Positions 60,268 through 64,000 of a stretch of DNA of 64,000 nt are shown here, piece after piece. Source of the DNA: Acidobacteriota bacterium (GTDB lineage Bacteria; Acidobacteriota; Blastocatellia; RBC074). The translations under genes and the position numbers were made by a program. Below the pieces are notes generated by a model. It was not told the DNA's origin and did no database searches. It saw only the letters and a list, made by a program, of their open reading frames with translations. The stretch's first letter is position 1, and the number at the start of each line of letters is the position of its first letter. The stretch covers positions 65,486 through 129,485 of the forward strand of contig JADJXM010000006.1 of assembly GCA_016715865.1 (NCBI GenBank), read 5' to 3'.

Positions 60268-60921
60268 TCATCGCGGCAGAATTTTCTCGGTCATGGTGTC
60301 GATGTTGACCAGCTTGACATCGAGTGCTCCGGCGGCGATCTTCGAGGCCACGGCAGGCCGAGCCAAAAACTCTTTGATTCGCGCTTCGCGCTCGTCGACA
60401 GCCCGGGCGAGCGCCGGATAACGCTGACGCATGTCCGGCGTGGAGGCGACCTTTTCGGCGGCGCAATCGGAGTGAGTCGAAAGCAGGATCAGTTCCACAC
60501 CGTTGGCCACAGCCAGTTCCAGCATCTCCTCCTCTCTTTCGGAGAGCACTGAGCCTGCGGTTCGGATGATGTAATAGTAATGCCTGCTATCGCCGGTCAA
60601 TTCGTTGGTGTCCAGCCTGGCATCCATACAGACCACCATGGCAACCAGCGGATGGCGCGCAGTTCTGGGAAACCACTTTCGGACTGCCGAAGCCACCTCA
60701 TTCTGGCTCTGCATCTCTTTCCAAACGTCACCGGGTGAAATGGCATGCTCGTGCTCGAAATCGTAGCTCGCAAGATGATCCTGCATCCCGTATCCGAGAT
60801 TGATCATGGCCCCGCCAATGAAGAATTGCATGCGTCGCCCCGAATCGGTGAACAGCATCCAGCAGGCCAGCAATACCACGCCCGCCAATCCAAGCCCGGA
60901 TATTTTAACCTTCCTCGTCAT
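60268..60921 (-). CDS. Beta-class carbonic anhydrase-like protein with N-terminal transmembrane anchor
   Basis: CMDAR...IRTAGSV...THSDCAA resembles the beta-CA CxDxR / RNAGN / HxxCG motifs. Confidence 0.5.
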   Translation of the reverse strand: MTRKVKISGLGLAGVVLLACWMLFTDSGRRMQFFIGGAMINLGYGMQDHLASYDFEHEHAISPGDVWKEMQSQNEVASAVRKWFPRTARHPLVAMVVCMDARLDTNELTGDSRHYYYIIRTAGSVLSEREEEMLELAVANGVELILLSTHSDCAAEKVASTPDMRQRYPALARAVDEREARIKEFLARPAVASKIAAGALDVKLVNIDTMTEKILPR

Positions 60922-60968
60922 GCGAACTCCTCCGATTAGTGACCAGACCAGTGACTGAAACTATTTAG

Positions 60969-60989
60969 GCCGCCCTCGAGGCGGCCTAA
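60969..60989 (-). terminator. Terminator-like hairpin, 3' of tRNA-Pro
   Basis: aggccgccctcgaggcggcct followed by an A/T-rich tract. Confidence 0.35.
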
Positions 60990-61005
60990 GTTATAGGGAA
61001 TATTG

Positions 61006-61081
<76 letters not shown>

Positions 61082-61356
61082 CAAGAAGCTGACATTATAC
61101 ACTACGCGCCACTTTGTTCAACCAATGCCGCCGTTGAAGAAGATCTTCCTTGAAAACGGATATCACTAGGCATATCATGCATTTAGATTTTTACCAATTT
61201 TATTGGCGTTCAAACCTGTCTACCGGTGGGCCTGGTTCGGAAAGGCGAGGATGATGGCTGAATAGAGGTGTTGATACAACCGCGTAGCGTGGATCGAGCA
61301 TCGGAGAGAGCGCAAAGTGTCAAAATTTCGCTCGCAATCATCCGGGAGTTTTTTCT

Positions 61357-61749
61357 ATGGAAGTGATTAAAGAGAAACGTACTGATCTGACATTTCTATA
61401 TCTCAAGGGGCGGCTTGACGCCGAGAATGCCAAATCCCTTGAAGAGAATCTGTTAAAGCTGATCGATGAAGGAGCGAGGCAGATGATTGTCGACTGCTCC
61501 AAGATTGACTTCATTAATAATGCAGGGTTGCGAGTATTGTTGAGCGTGGCGAAGCGATTGACAAAACTGGATGGGCGGCTGGCGTTGCATTCTCCGAGTC
61601 CGATAGCGAAGCAGATTTTTGACTCATCGGGGTTTGGGATGGTCGCTCGCATCTACGATACACGAGAGGAAGCGGCAGCCAACGTTGCACATTCCGGTCT
61701 GTTGTCTTCGGCCGACAATCTTCAGAAGATATTAAAGAACGACAACTGA
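61357..61749 (+). CDS. STAS-domain protein (anti-sigma-factor antagonist, SpoIIAA-like)
   Basis: LKGRLDAENAKSLEE...DCSKIDFINNAGLRVLL pattern. Confidence 0.7.
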   Translation: MEVIKEKRTDLTFLYLKGRLDAENAKSLEENLLKLIDEGARQMIVDCSKIDFINNAGLRVLLSVAKRLTKLDGRLALHSPSPIAKQIFDSSGFGMVARIYDTREEAAANVAHSGLLSSADNLQKILKNDN

Positions 61750-61751
61750 TT

Positions 61752-62783
<1,032 letters not shown>

Positions 62784-62860
62784 GAGTATGACCGGGAACC
62801 ATTCTCAATTTATTACTGCGAATCACCATTTTTTCTAAGCGCAACACAAATCGATAATCG

Positions 62861-62867
62861 AAGGGAG
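62861..62867 (+). promoter_or_regulatory. Shine-Dalgarno AAGGGAG upstream of a GTG start
   Basis: gaagggagcgcacGTGatcaag. Confidence 0.45.
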
Positions 62868-62872
62868 CGCAC

Positions 62873-64000
62873 GTGATCAAGATCGCTGTCTTGTGCGTGT
62901 TTTTATTTCTGCCGGTGAGTGGGTGGAGTCAGACCGCTTCGACAACGGCAGAGACACTGACGCTGGAGCGGGCCATCGAACTGGCCCTGCGCGAAAACAG
63001 GCAGATCAAACACGAGAAGTTCGAATTCGAGAAATCGATCGACAAGCTGGCGGCGATCACAACGCGGCGATTGCCTGGATTCGACATTTCGGTGCTGCAG
63101 TTGCAATGGTTCAACCCGCTCAACTTCCGTTTCGACCGCGGAGTCTTCGGGACGTTTCCGGGCATCGGGCCGGTTCCGGGAGTGGACACCGAAGTGCAAT
63201 CGGGCCGCTCTCCGAGCGCGTTCGTGATGGCGACGGCGACTCAGCCGCTGACACAGCTACACCGGATCGGCCTCGGGATCAAACTGAGCGAGGTGACGCG
63301 CGACCTGGCCAATGAAAAACTGAGCCGGCAGCAGCGCGAAATCGTCAATCAGGTCAAACGCAGTTACTATTCCATCCTTCAACTTCAAAGTTCACTCGGG
63401 GCATCAGAAGAAACTCTTAAACTGTATATCGAACTCGATCGTGTGGTCGGGACATATGTCGACCAGCAGATTGTGCTGGCCTCGGACAGCCTTGATGTGA
63501 AGACGCAGCTGGCCAAAGAGGAATACGAAGCGCTCAAGGTGCGCAACACGCTGGAGACCGCGAAGGAGCAGCTCAATCACCTGCTCGGCAGGGATATCCG
63601 GACTCAGTTTCAGGTGAGCCCGGTCTCGACGGCGACGCTGTATGAGGCCGACCTGAGTTCGGCTCAGACTCGGGCGCTGGCCGAGCGGCCAGAGATCAGG
63701 GAGGCCCAGCTGAAGCAGAAGCAGGCCGAATACGATTATCGCATCAAAAAGTCCGAAGCGATTCCGGATGTCAGCTTGACCGTGGGGTATTACTCGGCCT
63801 TCGGCGTCTCGGTGCTTCCTCGTAATGCAGCCGGTGTGGGCGTGACGATGAACTGGGAACCGTTCGACTGGGGTCGTCGCAAACATGAAATGGATGAGAA
63901 GCAGAAGACGATCGAGCAGGCACGGGAAGGCATGCAGGAGGTCGAGGCGCTGATTCTGCGCGAAGTTGGCGATCGATTTCGCAAGCTGCAGGAATCACGG
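62873..64000 (+). CDS. TolC-family outer-membrane efflux protein (3' end beyond window)
   Basis: Not listed in the ORF track because it has no stop within the window. Frame from GTG 62873: signal peptide, LTLERAIELALRENRQIK and repeated coiled-coil/beta motifs of the outer-membrane factor family. Confidence 0.65.
   Translation, partial: MIKIAVLCVFLFLPVSGWSQTASTTAETLTLERAIELALRENRQIKHEKFEFEKSIDKLAAITTRRLPGFDISVLQLQWFNPLNFRFDRGVFGTFPGIGPVPGVDTEVQSGRSPSAFVMATATQPLTQLHRIGLGIKLSEVTRDLANEKLSRQQREIVNQVKRSYYSILQLQSSLGASEETLKLYIELDRVVGTYVDQQIVLASDSLDVKTQLAKEEYEALKVRNTLETAKEQLNHLLGRDIRTQFQVSPVSTATLYEADLSSAQTRALAERPEIREAQLKQKQAEYDYRIKKSEAIPDVSLTVGYYSAFGVSVLPRNAAGVGVTMNWEPFDWGRRKHEMDEKQKTIEQAREGMQEVEALILREVGDRFRKLQESR

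Overview
High-GC chromosomal segment, probably from an Acidobacteriota (Solibacter-like) genome. That placement is an inference from carboxypeptidase-regulatory-domain TonB-dependent receptors, a TIGR03437-like C-terminal domain on a PQQ sugar dehydrogenase, many Tat-exported GMC/Gfo-Idh-MocA oxidoreductases and the high GC content.

Core genes include:
- two GMC oxidoreductases;
- a secreted esterase translationally coupled to a frameshifted lactonase;
- a decarboxylase-murQ-kinase cluster;
- tRNA-Arg(TCG) and tRNA-Pro(TGG);
- two patatin-like lipases;
- a partial F1Fo ATP synthase operon (b'-b-delta-alpha-gamma only);
- an orphan selB;
- a very large single ORF that fuses a TamB/AsmA-like periplasm-spanning protein to POTRA domains plus an Omp85 (TamA/BamA-type) beta-barrel;
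- corA;
- two TonB-dependent receptors;
- a Tat-exported periplasmic sugar-oxidation cluster (three-subunit GMC dehydrogenase with a 5-heme cytochrome c, TIM-barrel isomerase, Gfo/Idh/MocA, GH95 fucosidase);
- a partial TolC-like gene.

A lower-GC, roughly 10-kb integrated element (about 17.76-27.77 kb) lies between the atp operon and a Dam-methylase/restriction-enzyme pair. It is bounded by imperfect direct repeats. It carries one intact and one decayed tyrosine integrase, an excisionase, a frameshifted DUF3987 gene, a frameshifted methyltransferase and unknown cargo.

The intergenic space is populated by at least four families of long hairpin-forming inverted-repeat elements whose arms are tandem 7-9-mers (GTTTCCA, AGTAGAA/GTTGAAA, CGCACAATT, GCAAAGGA). 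One family has a conserved about-95-nt core that shows a compensatory base-pair change between its two copies. A perfect 28-bp palindrome sits downstream of selB. No CRISPR array or rRNA was seen.
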